A stretch of 64,000 nucleotides of DNA from Burkholderia sp. (lineage in GTDB: Bacteria > Pseudomonadota > Gammaproteobacteria > Burkholderiales > Burkholderiaceae), in contig JAYFRU010000001.1 of NCBI GenBank assembly GCA_040946965.1, positions 74-64,073 on the forward strand, read 5' to 3'. The notes beneath the pieces are model-generated. The model searched no databases. It was not told the DNA's origin and saw only the letters and a program-made list of their open reading frames with translations. The translations under genes and the position numbers were made by a program. Of the stretch, positions 17,501 to 30,610 are shown piece after piece. How positions within the stretch are numbered: position 1 is the first letter of the stretch; every line of letters begins with the position of its first letter.

Positions 17501-20500
17501 GCCGCAATGGGAAGACGCGCCGCTCGATCACGGCGCCGACGCAAGGGTGTATACACAACGACTGCTGGTGCTGTGCGCGGTACCGGCGCCTGGTATCGAG
17601 GCCGAGCCGGAAACGGCCGATCTCGTCGAACGTCTCGAAGCCGGCGCCGGCCTGGACAGCGTGCAGGACTACGCGCTGCGCCTGCTGGCCCGCGTGCAGG
17701 CCTTCATGCGCGACAAGCCGCGCGGCCGCTGCCTGCTGCAGGTGGTGGTCCCGGCCGAGGGCGAGATGGCCGGCCTGGCCGCGCTGGCCGGCCTGGTGCG
17801 CTGCCTGCGCCTGGAGCACCCGGGCGTGAGCGCGCAACTGATCGCGGTGGCCCTGCGGATCGCCGCGCCGGCGCTGGCGGCCCTGCTGCGCGAGGAGGGC
17901 CGCGAGGCCGCCGAGGCGCAGGTCCGTTATCTGCATGGGCGGCGCCAGCGCAAGGCGCTCGCGGCGCTCACGCTACCTGCGGCGGCAGCGGCGCCGCAGC
18001 CGTGGCGGCAGGGCGGCGTCTACCTGATCACCGGCGGCGCCGGCGGCCTGGGCCGCCTGTTCGCGCAGGAGATCGCGGCCTGTTGCGAGGGCGCCGGCAT
18101 CGTCCTGCTGGGACGCTCGGCCCCGGCTCCCGAGCAGGCTGCCTGGATCGAGCAGCTGGGCCGCAACCGCACGCGCGTGCTCTATCGCCAGGCCGACGTC
18201 ACCGACGCTGCGGCACTCGAAGCGGCAGTGAGCGCGGCGCGCGAACTCGGCCCCTTGCGCGGCGTGCTGCACGCGGCCGGCGTGCTGCGCGACGGCCTGC
18301 TGCTGAGCAAGACCGAGCAGCAGGCGCGCGCGGTGCTGGCGCCGAAGCTGGCCGGCAGCCTGGCCCTGGACCGTGCCACGCAAGCGCTGGACCTCGACTT
18401 CTTCGTGCTGTTTTCCTCAGTATCGGCGCTGGGCAGCGTGGGCCAGAGCGACTACGCAGTGGCCAATGCCTTCCTCGACGAATTCGCGCACTGGCGCGCG
18501 GCCGCTGTGGCGCGCGGCGAGCGCTGCGGGCGCAGCCTCGCGATCGCCTGGCCGCTGTGGGCCGAGGGCGGCATGCGTCTGGCCGAGGCGGCGCTGGCCG
18601 GCGTGCCCGAGGTCTTGCGGCCGGTGGCGATGCCGAGCGCGCAAGGGCTGGCCTGCTTCTACCAGGCGCTGGCCAGCGGCCATGCGCAAGTCGTGGTGTC
18701 GGCGCCGGCCCCGGTCGCGCCGGCGGCAGCGTCGCGCGCGGCCGGCGTCGTCACGGCCGCGACCACCGTGTCGCCGGCGCCCGCCGCGCCTTCCTCCACT
18801 CCGTCCACGCACAAGGCATCCATGGTTAGCGCAGCGGTTTCCACGATCGATATCGAGGCACTCGGCGCGCGCCTGCGCGGCATCGTGCTGGGCCTGGTCA
18901 CGCAACTGCTGGGTGTGCCGGCCGAGCAGGTCGACCTGGACGAGGAGTTCAACGCCTTCGGCTTCGACTCGATCAGCCTGACCAACCTCGCCAACCGTCT
19001 CAATCAGGAACTGCGCCTGAACCTAACGCCGGCGATCTTCTTCGAGCACGCCTCGGTCAATCGCTTCGTCGAGCATTTACTGGCCGAGCACGCCGAGCGC
19101 CTGGGCTTCCTGGCGCCGGCCGCCGCGGCACCGGTACCGGCAGCGGCCCCGGCTTCGGCCACCGCGAGCGCCGCGGCAGCGGAACGCGACGACATCGCCA
19201 TCATCGGCATGAGCGCGCGCTTGCCGATGGCGGCCGACCTCGACCAGTTCTGGGACAACCTGCTGGCCGGGCGCGACTGCATCGGCGAGATCCCGGCCGA
19301 CCGCTGGGACTGGCGCGAGATCTACGGCGACCCGCTGCGCGAGCCGAACCGGACCGATGCCAAGTGGGGCGGCTTCATCGACGGCGTGGCCGATTTCGAT
19401 CCGCTGTTCTTCGGCATCTCGCCGCGCGAGGCCGAGGCGATGGACCCGCACCAGCGCCTCTTGATGAGCCATGTCTGGCAGGCCCTGGAAGATGCCGGCT
19501 ACACGCGCCAGGCCTTGTCCGGCAGCGACACCGGCGTGTTCGTCGGGCTCGGCGGCAGCGACTACGGCCAGCGCGTGGTGGCGGCCGACGGCGGCGTGGA
19601 GGGCCACACGCTGATGGGCTTGCTGCCCTCGATGGCGCCGGCGCGCATGAGCCACTTCATGAACTGGCACGGCCCCAGCGAGTTCATCGACACCGCCTGC
19701 TCGTCGTCCCTGGTGGCGGTGCATCGCGCGGCGCAGGCGATTGCCTCGGGCGACTGCGGCCTGGCGGTGGTCGGCGGCGTGATGGCGATCCTCTCGCCCA
19801 CCTCGCACATCGGTTTCAGCAAGGCCGGCATGCTGAGCAAGGACGGCCGCTGCAAGACCTTCTCCAGCGAGGCCGACGGCTACGTGCGTGGCGAGGGCGT
19901 GGGCATGCTGGTACTCAAGCGCCTGTCGGCCGCGCGTGCCGACGGCGACTGCATCCATGCGGTGATCCGCGCCAGCGCCGTCAACCACGGCGGCCGCGCC
20001 AACACGCTGACCTCGCCCAATCCCGCCGCCCAGGCCGAGCTGATCGAAAGCGCCTGTCGCAAGGCCGGCGTGACGGCCGAGCAGATCGGCTATATTGAGG
20101 CGCACGGCACCGGCACGCGCCTGGGCGACCCGATCGAGATCAACGGGCTCAAGAGCGCCTTCAAGTCGCTCGGGCACGGCGCGGGCGAGGCCTGGTGCGG
20201 CCTGGGCTCGGTGAAGACCAACATCGGCCACCTGGAGCTGTCGGCTGGCATCGCCGGGCTGCTCAAGCTGGTCCTGCAGCTGCGTCATCGCACGCTGGTG
20301 GCGAGCCTGCATTGCGAGCAGGTGAACCCGTATATCGAGCTGGAAGGCAGCCCGTTCTACCTGGTGCGCGAGAATCGCCCCTGGCCGGCTGGCCGCGATG
20401 CGTCCGGCCGCCCGGCGCCGCGCCTGGCCGGCGTGAGCTCGTTCGGCTTCGGCGGCGTCAACGCGCACGTGCTGGTGCAGGAGCATCTGGCCGACCCGCT

Positions 20501-23500
20501 GCCGGCAGACGACGCAGTGCCCGCGCTGATCGTGCTTTCCGCCAGGAGCGAGACCGCCTTGCACGGGCGTGCCCGCGACCTGCTCGCCTACCTGGCGCGT
20601 CGCGGCCTGGACCGGCCCGATACCGCCGCTGCCGCCGACGAGCCGCGCGCCGAGCTGGAACAGCGCATCCGCGTGGCGCTGGCCGGGCTGCTCGATGTCG
20701 ACGCGGGGGAGATCAGCGCTGACGAGAGCTTCGAGGCCTACGGCCTGGATGCCCTGGCCAGGAACCGGCTGGCCGCCGCGCTCGACGAAAGCTCGCCCAC
20801 GCTGCTGGCCGTCGCGTTGCGCGCCGGCTCGGTGGCGCAGCTCGCCGACGAGTGGCTGGCCGCGCAGGGTCATGCGCCGACTGCGGCGGCAACACCGGCG
20901 AGCGAGCCGGCGCTTCGCCTGGGCGACCTCGCTTATACGCTGCAGGTCGGCCGCGAGCCGATGGAGCATCGGCTCGGTTTCATGGCCGCCTCGTTCGCGC
21001 AGCTGCGCGAACGTTTGCGGGCCTTCCTCGACGGACAGGACGGCATGCCGGAGCTGCATCGCGGGCAGTCGAAGTCCGGCAGGAACGGCCTGTCGCTGCT
21101 GAACGCCGACGACGACATGGATGGCACGCTGGCCTCCTGGGCGGCGAAGAAGAAATACGCGCTGATGCTGAAGCTGTGGGTCAACGGCCTGGAGCTGGAC
21201 TGGTGCCTGCTGCATGCGGGCCGGCAGCCCCGGCGCATCAGCCTGCCGGCTTATCCCTTTGATTACCGGCGCTGCTGGATCGGCGAGGCGCCCGCAGCGG
21301 CCACGCAGGAACCGGCCAAGGCGGCCCCGGCCATCGAGCCGGCGGCGACCGCCCGGACGAGCGAGGCGATGGAGCCGGCCGAGTCGGCGCAATTCCTGCT
21401 GCCGACCTGGGACGCGGTCCAGCTCGAGCTGCTCGATGACACGCCGCCGCGAGGCCGCCTCCTGTTGTGCGGCGATCACGAGGGCATCCTCGGTGGCGTA
21501 GCCGGGCAGGCGCCGCTGGTGGTGCGGCCGGGCACCAGCATCGAGGCCTTGAGCGCGCAGCTGGCTGCGGCCGGCACGATCGGCGAGGTGCTGTTCGTCG
21601 CGCCGGACACGGGCGATCCCGGCCCTGGCGACGCGCAGCTGATCGACGCGCAGCAGCAGGGCGTGCTGGGCCTGTTCCGCCTGGTCAAGGCGCTGCTCGC
21701 GACCGGCTACGGCCTGCGCGACCTGGCCTGGACGGTGCTCACCACCCAGGCGATGGATCTGGGCGACGGCCTGCCGGTGCGGGCCGCGCATGCCGGCATC
21801 CACGGCCTGGCCGGCGCGCTGGCGCGCGAATATCTGCACTGGCGCCTGCGCCTGATCGACGTGGCGGCCGGTGAGGCCGGCGACTGGCCGAGCTGGCGCC
21901 GCCTGCCGGCGGCCGAGGACGGCGCGGCCTGGTGCCGCCGCGGCGGCGAATGGTTCCGCCAGCGCCTGCTGCCTTACCAGCCCGACACGGCGAATCCCGC
22001 GAACCCGCCGCTGCCTTACCGGCAGGGCGGCGTCTACCTGGTGATCGGCGGCGCGGGCGGCCTGGGCGAGACCTGGAGCCGTCACATGATCGAGCGCTAC
22101 CAGGCCCGGCTGATCTGGCTGGGACGCAGCGCACCCGACGCGCGGATTCGCCAGCGCATCGACGCGCTGGCCGCTCTCGGCCCGGCGCCACGATATATCC
22201 AGGCCGACGCCGGCGACGAGGCCGCCTTGCGCCGCGCCGCCGCCGAGATCGCGCGAGAGTTTCCGCGCCTGCACGGCATCGTGCACTCAGCCCTGGTGCT
22301 GGCCGACCAGGGGCTGGCCTCGATGCAGGAAGCCGAGTTCGCCGGCGTACTGGCCGCCAAGGTCGATACCGCAGTGCTGAGCACGCGCGTGTTCGCGAAC
22401 CAGCCGCTGGACTTCATGCTGTTCTTCTCGTCGATGATGTCCTTCGGCCGCGCGGCCGGGCAGAGCAACTACGCCGCCGGCTGCGTGTTCGCCGACGCCT
22501 ATGCGCGCCGCCTCGCGCAGCTCGGCGACTACCCGGTGAAGATCGTCAACTGGGGCTACTGGGGCAGCGTGGGCATCGTCAGTCATGCCGACTATCAGGC
22601 GCGCATGCGTCGGGCCGGCATCGGCTCGATCGAACCGGCCGAAGGCATGCAGGCGCTCGAGGTGCTGCTGCACGCGCCGGTGCCTCAACTCGGCTTCGTG
22701 AAGACGCGTGCCGCCGCGAGCGGCGACAGCGTGCGCCAGTACGCCGACACGATTCCCGCCGTGGCCGCGCGGGTGGTGCTCGACACGCCGCCGGTCGCGC
22801 CGCGCCGCGAGGACCTGCTGTTCGCCGACCAGCGCCTGGAAAGCCTGGTCAGGGGCTTGCTGGCGCGGCAGCTGGAAGCGCTCGGCGAGCGGCCGGTGCT
22901 GCCGCTCTACACGCGCTGGCTGGCTGAAAGCCGCCGCGTGCTGGCCGAGGCGCCGCCGGCGGCGGCCGGCGCCGATGCCCTGTGGCGCGAATGGGACGCC
23001 TATGTGCTGACGCGTCGCCGTCTCGACGGCAGCGCGCCCGAACTGGACCTGCTGCGCGACTGCCTGCAGGCGCTGCCGGCGATCCTGCTGGGCCAGCGTC
23101 CCGCCACCGAGGTGCTGTTCCCGCAATCCTCGCTGTCCCTGGTGGAGGCGATCTATCGCGGCAATCCGGTGGCCGACCTGTTCAACGGCCGGCTCCAGCA
23201 ATGGGTGCTGGCCTATGTGCGCGAGCGCCTGGCGCGCGAGCCGCGAGCGCAACTGCGAATCCTGGAGATCGGCGCCGGCACCGGCGGCACCAGCGCGGGC
23301 CTGCTGGCGGCCTTGCAGCCGCTGCGCGAACACATCGCGGAATACAGCTTCACCGACGTCTCGCGCGCCTTCCTGATCCAGGCGCAGGAGCGCTTCGCCG
23401 CCGGTTTCCCCGGCCTGGTCACGCGCCTGTTCGACGTCGAGCAGCCGCTGGCCGCGCAAGGCCTGCCCACCGATCATTTCGACCTGGTGGTGGCCGCCAA

Positions 23501-26500
23501 CGTGCTGCATGCCACCAGCGAGATCCGCACTGCCGTGCGCAATGCCAAGGCGGCCTTGCACAAGGGCGGCGTGCTGCTGCTCAACGAGATCGCCGGGCAG
23601 TCGCTGTTCACCCACCTGAGCTTCGGCCTGCTGGAAGGCTGGTGGCGCTATCGCGATCCGGCCGTGCGGCTGCCGGCCAGCCCGGCGCTGAGCCCGGAGA
23701 ACTGGGCGCGCGTGCTGCGCGAGGAGGGCTTCGGCGAGATCGGTTTCCTGTTGAAGGAGCAGCTCGACCTGGGCCAGCAACTGGTGCTCGCGCAGAGCGA
23801 CGGGCTGGTGCGGCAGGCCGGGGCTGAAGCCGGCCGGCATGTCTCGTCCGCGGCACCGATCGCCGCCGCGAGCGCGCCCGTGCCGGCCGCATCCGTGGAA
23901 GCCGTTGCACCCGCAACCATCGGCGAACCGGTCGCGATCGACGCCGCCGTGCATCGCGTGCTGCTGGAGGAACTGGCCCGCACGCTGAAACTCGAGGCGG
24001 CCGAAATCGACGCGCAGATGCCGTTCTCCGATTACGGCGTCGATTCGATCCTCGGCGTGGGCCTCGTCAAGCAGCTCAACGATCGCCTCGGGCTCGACCT
24101 GAACACCACGATCCTGTTCGAGCACAGCTCGCTCGAGCGGCTGGTCGCGCACATCCTGCAGCGCCATCGCCAGGAGGCCGGCGCAGCGCTGGCCGCCGCG
24201 AGCACGCCTGAACCAGCACCCGCGCTCGCCGCGTCTGTCGAGCCGGCGCGAGCCAGCGTCCCGGTCGCCGAACCGAGCCCCCCGGCGGCGGCCGAGCCGC
24301 GCCGGGCCGACACGGGCCCCGTGGAAATCGCCGTGATCGGCATGTCGGCCCAGGTGCCGGGTGCCGCCGACGTCGAAGCGTTCTGGCACAACCTGATGCA
24401 CGGCGTGGACGGCGTCACCCAGCTGCCCACCGCCTACCTGGACCGCACCCGCCAGGGCGACGACGAGCAGGCCTACTACCTGTGGGGCGGCACCCTGGCC
24501 GAGCGCGCCGCGTTCGATCCGCAGTTCTTCAGCATCTCGCCGCGCGAGGCCAAGTCGATGAACCCGCACCAGCGCCTGGTGCTGCAGGAAAGCTGGAAGG
24601 CGCTGGAGGATGCCGGCTACGACCCGCGCAGCCTGGCGGATCGCCGGGTCGGCAGCTTCGTCGGCGCCGAGCCGGCCGGGTATTTCCACGAGACCTTCAC
24701 CGGCTCGTCGGATGCCATCATCGCCTCGCGCCTGGCGTATTTCCTCAATCTCAAGGGGCCGGCGCTGGTGATCAACACCGGCTGCTCCTCCTCGGCCACC
24801 GCGATCCACCTGGCCTGCGAAAGCCTGCGCCACGGCGAAAGCGAGCTGGCGCTGGCCGGCGGCGTGTATGCCGTGCTCAACGAAACCGCCCTGGTCAGCC
24901 TGGCCCAGCTCGACATGCTGTCGAACAGCGGGCGCTGCCACAGCTTCGACGCGGCGGCCGACGGCACGGTGTTCTCCGAGGCGGTCGGCATGGTGGTGCT
25001 CAAGCGCATGGACGACGCGCTGCGCGACGGCGATCCGATCTACGCGAGCATCGTCGCCAGCGGCATCAACCAGGACGGCGCCAGCAACGGCATCACCGCG
25101 CCCAGCGGCGAGGCGCAGGAGCAACTGCTGCTCGAAACCTATCGCAAGTTCGGCATCGATCCGCGCCGCATCGGCTATATCGAAGCGCACGGCACCGGCA
25201 CGCGCCTGGGCGATCCGGTCGAGGCCAATGCGCTGCTGCGCGCCTTCCGTGCCCATACGGCGGATCGCGACTACTGCGCGGTCGGCAGCGCCAAGGCCCA
25301 TATCGGCCATACCGCCGCCGCCTCGGGCGTGATCGGCTTGATCAAGCTGATGCTCAGCCTCGAGCACGGCCGCACGCCGGGCCTGCTGCATTTCCGCGAA
25401 CTGAACCCGCTGATCGACTGGCAGGATTCGCCGTTCTTCATCCCCACCGCCAACCGCGACTGGCTGGCCGAGCCGGGGCAGCCGCGCATGGCCGCGCTCA
25501 ATTCCTTCGGCCACAGCGGCACCAACGTGCACCTGGTGCTGAAGGAGCATAGGGAGCCGGCTGTGGCTGCCGCCCACGCGCGGCAGCCGGGCTGGCAGTT
25601 GCTGCCCTTGTCGGCGGCCAATGAAACGCGGTTGCGCGCCTATGCCGGCAAGCTCGCCTCCTACCTGCGTGACGCGGGCGAGGGCGTGAACCTGAGCGAT
25701 GTGGCGCATACGCTGCAGCATGGCCGCATCGCGCTGAAGCGCCGCTGGTGCCTGCTGGTGGAGGATGCGGCGAGCGCGCTCGCCCAGTTGCAGGCCTATG
25801 CCGACGGCGCCGAGGGTGCCGACCTTGGCGGCGTGCACGGCCTGGCCGACGGCAGCCTGGCGGCCGACCGGATCGAAGCGGCCGCTCCCGAGACGCTGGC
25901 CGGGCTGGCCCGGCGCTGGGCCGGCGGCGCGAAGGTGGACTGGCCGCTGGCCGGCCCTGCCGCGCGCCGCATCCGCCTGCCCAGCTACCCGTTCGCCCGC
26001 GATCAATACTGGATGGACGGCTCGCTGGCCGCGCCCACGCCCGTGCATACGCCCACGGCCGCGCCGCGCGCGCCGATGCATCCCCTCCTGCATGCCCGCG
26101 CCGATACGGCGGCCGGCCCGCGCTTCAGCGCACGGCTCAGCGGCGAGGAAGCCTTCTTCCGCGACCACCGCATCCTCGGCCGCCCGACCTTTCCCGGCGC
26201 GGCCTACCTGGAAATGGCCGGCGCCGCAGCCGCGCGCGTGCTCGGCACCGACGCGCTGCGCCTGGGCGCGGTGGTGTGGAGCCGGCCGCTGCAGCCCTCG
26301 GCGGCCGGCGTCGAGCTGAGCATCGAGCTGCAGGCGCAGGGCCAGGGCCGCCTGCGCTTCGAGATCGCGGCGGCCGGGCAACTCCACTGCCAGGGTCTGG
26401 CCGCTGTGGCCGAGGCTCGCGAGAACGAATTCGAGCGCCAGGATCTGGGCGCGCTGCTGGCGCGCATGGACGGGCAGGGTGTCGACCGCGACGCCTGTTA

Positions 26501-29500
26501 TGCCGCCTTCGACGCCGTGGGCATCCACTACGGCCCCAGCCATCGCGCGATCGAGCATCTGCATCTCGGCCGCGACGAGGCGCTGGCGCGGCTGGTGCTG
26601 GATCCGGCGGCCGCGCGCGACAGCGATGCCGATGCCTACCGCCTGCATCCGGGCCTGCTCGACGCGGCCCTGCAGGCCACCCTGGGCTTGAGCGCCGGCA
26701 GCGCGCGCGGTGCCTACGTGCCGTTCGCGCTGGAGCGGCTGGTGCTGCGCGCCGCGACCGGCCGCCAGCTGTGGGCCTGGGTGCGCTACACGGCGGGCAG
26801 CCGTCCCGACGAGGCGGTGCGCAAGTACGACATCGACCTGCTCGACGACCAGGGCGACGTGATCGCGCGCTTGTCGGGCTTCGCCTTCCGGCCGGCCGAG
26901 GCGGCAGCGCCTGCCGTCGACCCGGTGCTGCTGTGGCGCCGCGACTGGCAGTCGGAGCCGGCGCCGCTCGCCGGCGATGCCGCGCCGGTGCGGCGCAGCG
27001 TGCTGATCTCGGATCGCGCCGCCTGGCGCTTCGAGGCGCCGGTCGACGGTTCGCTGCTGGCGCATCTCCAGATCGACAGCGCTCGGGAAGCTCCCGATCA
27101 GTGGTACGGCCGCGTGCTGCGCGAGCTGTTCGAGTTGGTCAAGGCGCAAGCGCAGGCGGCGCAAGCCTGCCTGCTGCAGGTGCTGGTGCCGGCGTCGGGC
27201 CAGGCGGCGCTGCTGTCCGGCCTTTCGGGGCTGCTGCGCACGGCGACGCTGGAATTCCCGCGCCTGTCCACCCAGCTGCTGGCATTCGACGCGGTGCCGG
27301 CCGGCTTACCGGCCCTGCTCGAGGCGAACGCACGGCAGCCGTGGCGCGCCCAGCTTCGCTACCAGGGCGGCACGCGGCTGGTGCCGGCCTGGACCGAACT
27401 GGCCGGTAGCACCGACCGCGCGGACGCGCCGGCGCTGCCCTGGCGCGAGCACGGCGTGTATCTGCTCACGGGCGGCCTGGGTGGCCTGGGCCGCCTGCTC
27501 GCCGAGGAAATCCTGAGCCAGGCGCCGGCCGCCACTGTGGTGCTGTGCGGCCGCGCCGCGCCCGACGCGCAGGCCACGCAATGGCTGCAAGCCAAGGGCG
27601 CGAACGGCCGGCTGCGGTATCGCCAGGCCGACGTGGCCGATGCCGCGCAAGTGCGTGCCCTGGTGGCGGAAACCGTGGAGCGCTTCGGCGCCCTGCATGG
27701 CGTGATCCACAGCGCCGGCGTGCTGCGCGACAGCTACCTGCCGGGCAAGACCGTCGCGCAGATCGACGCGGTGCTGGCGCCCAAGGTGGTCGGCACGGTG
27801 AACCTGGACGAGGCCACCCGGGCGCTGGACCTGGACCTGTTCGTGCTGTTCGCCGCCGGCGCGGGCGCGCTGGGCAATCCCGGCCAGGCCGACTACGCCG
27901 CCGCCAATGCCTTCCTCGACGCCTATGCCGGTTGGCGCAATCAGGAAGCCGCGCAAGGCCGCCGACGCGGCCAGGCCGTGGCGCTCGACTGGCCGCTGTG
28001 GGCCGAGGGCGGCATGCGCATCAGCGACAGCCTGCGCGAGGCGATCGAGGCCGGCAACGGCATGCGCGCGCTGGCGCGCGACGAGGGCATGCGCGCGCTG
28101 TATCGCGGCGTCGCCAGCCGGGAGGCGCAGTTGCTGGTGGGCGTGGGCGACCACGCGCGCCTGCGCGCCTGGATGCAGCGCCTGCACGCCGAGCCGGCCG
28201 CCCCTGTGGCCCGGCCGGCGCAAGCCGGCGCAGCGCCCGGCGCCGGCCGCGCGCTGCGCGATCGGGCTCGCCAGTTCCTGATCGACAGCGCCGCCTCGAT
28301 CCTCGAGTTGCAGCCGCAGGACCTGGACCCGCGCGACGAGCTCAGCGACTACGGCTTCGATTCGATCACCTTCACCGAACTCACCCACCGGCTAAACCGT
28401 CAGTTCGAGCTGGAGCTGGTGCCCACGGTGCTGTTCGAGCATCCGACCATCGCCAAGCTGACGGCGCATCTGCTGGAGAGCTTCCCCGAGGCGCTGGCGC
28501 GGGCCTTCCCCGAGGAGCGGGCCGCCACGCAATCGATCGTCGCGGAACCCGAGCCGGCGGCGTCCCGCTCGGCCGTCGAGCCCGTCGAGCCTGTCCAGAC
28601 GGCGGTGCCGTCGAGCGCCGGGCCCGCAGGCGCGGTGGCGATCATCGGCATGAGCGGGCGCTTCCCCGGCGCGCCGGACCTGGCCGGTTTCTGGCAGGTG
28701 CTGGCCGAGGGCCGCGACTGCATCGGCGAGATTCCCGCCGAGCGCTGGGACTGGCGCCAGTATGACGGCGACGCCAGCCAGGCCGGCCGGCACACGCGCG
28801 TCAAGGAGGCCGGTTTCATCGAGGGCGTGGCCGAGTTCGATCCGCTGTTCTTCGGCATCACGCCGCGCGAGGCCGAGCTGATGGACCCGCAGCAGCGCCT
28901 GCTGCTGACCCACGCCTGGGCGGCCATCGAGGAGGCCGGCTACGCACCGTCGAGCCTCGCGGGCGGGCGCACGGCGATCTTCGTGGGCACCGCGCCGAGC
29001 GGCTACAGCAGCCTGATCGAACAGGCCGCGATGGGCCTGGACGGCCACAGCTCGACCGGCTCGGTGGCCTCGGTGGGCCCCAACCGCCTGAGCTACCTGC
29101 TGGACCTGCACGGGCCCAGCGAGCCGGTGGAAACCGCCTGCTCCAGCGCCCTGGTGGCGATCCATCGCGCGGTGCGCGCGATCCGCCACGGCGACTGCGA
29201 GACCGCGCTGGCCGGCGGCGTGAACACCATCGTGCTGCCCGAGGTGCACATCAGCTTCGACAAGGCCGGCATGCTGAGCCCCGACGGACGCTGCAAGACC
29301 TTCTCGCGCCATGCCGACGGCTACGGGCGCGGCGAGGGCGTCGGCATGCTGCTGCTTAAGGACCTGGCGGCGGCCGAGCGCGACGGCGACGCGATCCACG
29401 CGGTGATCCGCAGCACCGCCGAAAACCACGGCGGCCGCGCCAGCTCGCTGACCGCGCCGAATCCCAAGGCGCAGGCCGAGCTGATCAAGGCCGCCGTGCG

Positions 29501-30610
29501 TGATGCCGGCATCGACGTGGCCAGCATCGGCTACATCGAGACCCACGGCACCGGCACCGCGCTGGGCGATCCGATCGAGATCAACGGGTTGAAGGCGGCC
29601 TTCGAGGACCTGCGCCACGAGGCCGGCGCGCTCGCGCCGGTGCCGGAGAGCTGCGCGCTGGGCTCGGTGAAGACCAACATCGGCCACCTGGAGCTGGCCG
29701 CCGGCGTGGCCGGCGTGATCAAGGTGGTGCTGCAGCTGCGCCATCGCACGCTGGCCCGCAGCCTGCATGCCGAGGAGCCGAACCCCTACATCCGCCTGGA
29801 GGGCAGCCCCTTCCACCTGCTGGGCGACACGCGGCCCTGGCCGGCGTCTCGGGACGCCGCTGGCCGAGCGCTGCCGCGCCGCGCCGGCGTCAGCTCGTTC
29901 GGCTTCGGCGGGGTCAACGCGCACGTGCTGCTGGAGGAATACGTGGGCGCGAGCGCCGCCTCGCCCGCGAGCGAGGTGGGGCCGCACCTGCTGGTGCTAT
30001 CGGCCCGGCAGCCGGCGCGCCTGGTCGAGCAGGCCGCGCAGCTCGCGGCCTTCCTGCGCGACGCGGCGCGGCGGCCCGCGCTGGCCGAGCTGATCCACAC
30101 GCTGCAGGTGGGCCGCGACGCGATGGAGGAGCGTGCCGCCTTCCTGGTGGCCGACTACCCGGAACTGGTGCAGCGCCTCGACGAGTTCGTCGCTGGCCGC
30201 GCCGGCGCCTGGCTGCATCGCGGCCGCGCGCGCCACGGCAGCGAGGCCGCCGCGCTGTTCGACAACGAGCACGAGCAGCGCGAGGCGGTGCGCGGCTGGC
30301 TGGCCCAGGGCCGCCACGACAAGCTGCTGCGGCTCTGGACGCAGGGGCTGGAAGTCGACTGGCGGGTGCTGCATGCCGGCCCGCCGCCGCGCCGCGCGCA
30401 CCTGCCCACCTATGCCTTCGCGCGCGAGCGCTACTGGCCGCAGCCGGCGCATCCGGCGGCCCGCCCCGAGGCCGAGACGCGCGTGAGCCCGCCGATGCAG
30501 GCGGCCAACGAAGACGAGCTGGACCGGCACAGCGCCTTGCTGGACCAGCTCATCCACCGACAGATCAGCGCCGACGAAGCGGTTCGTCTGGCGCGCCGTC
30601 AGGAACAGTC

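Noticed and set aside
22287-27164. Very long minus-strand ORFs (for example 22287..27164, 1625 aa; 57287..61558, 1423 aa; 31034..35089, 1351 aa; 45053..48502; 4111..7389; 19077..22286; 42575..44929; 61766..63997).
   Set aside because: They lie antisense to plus-strand frames that carry dense, collinear PKS/NRPS motifs. Their products are Arg/Ala/Gly/Pro/His-rich with no recognisable motif. Such shadow ORFs are expected in ~70% G+C DNA, where stop codons are rare.
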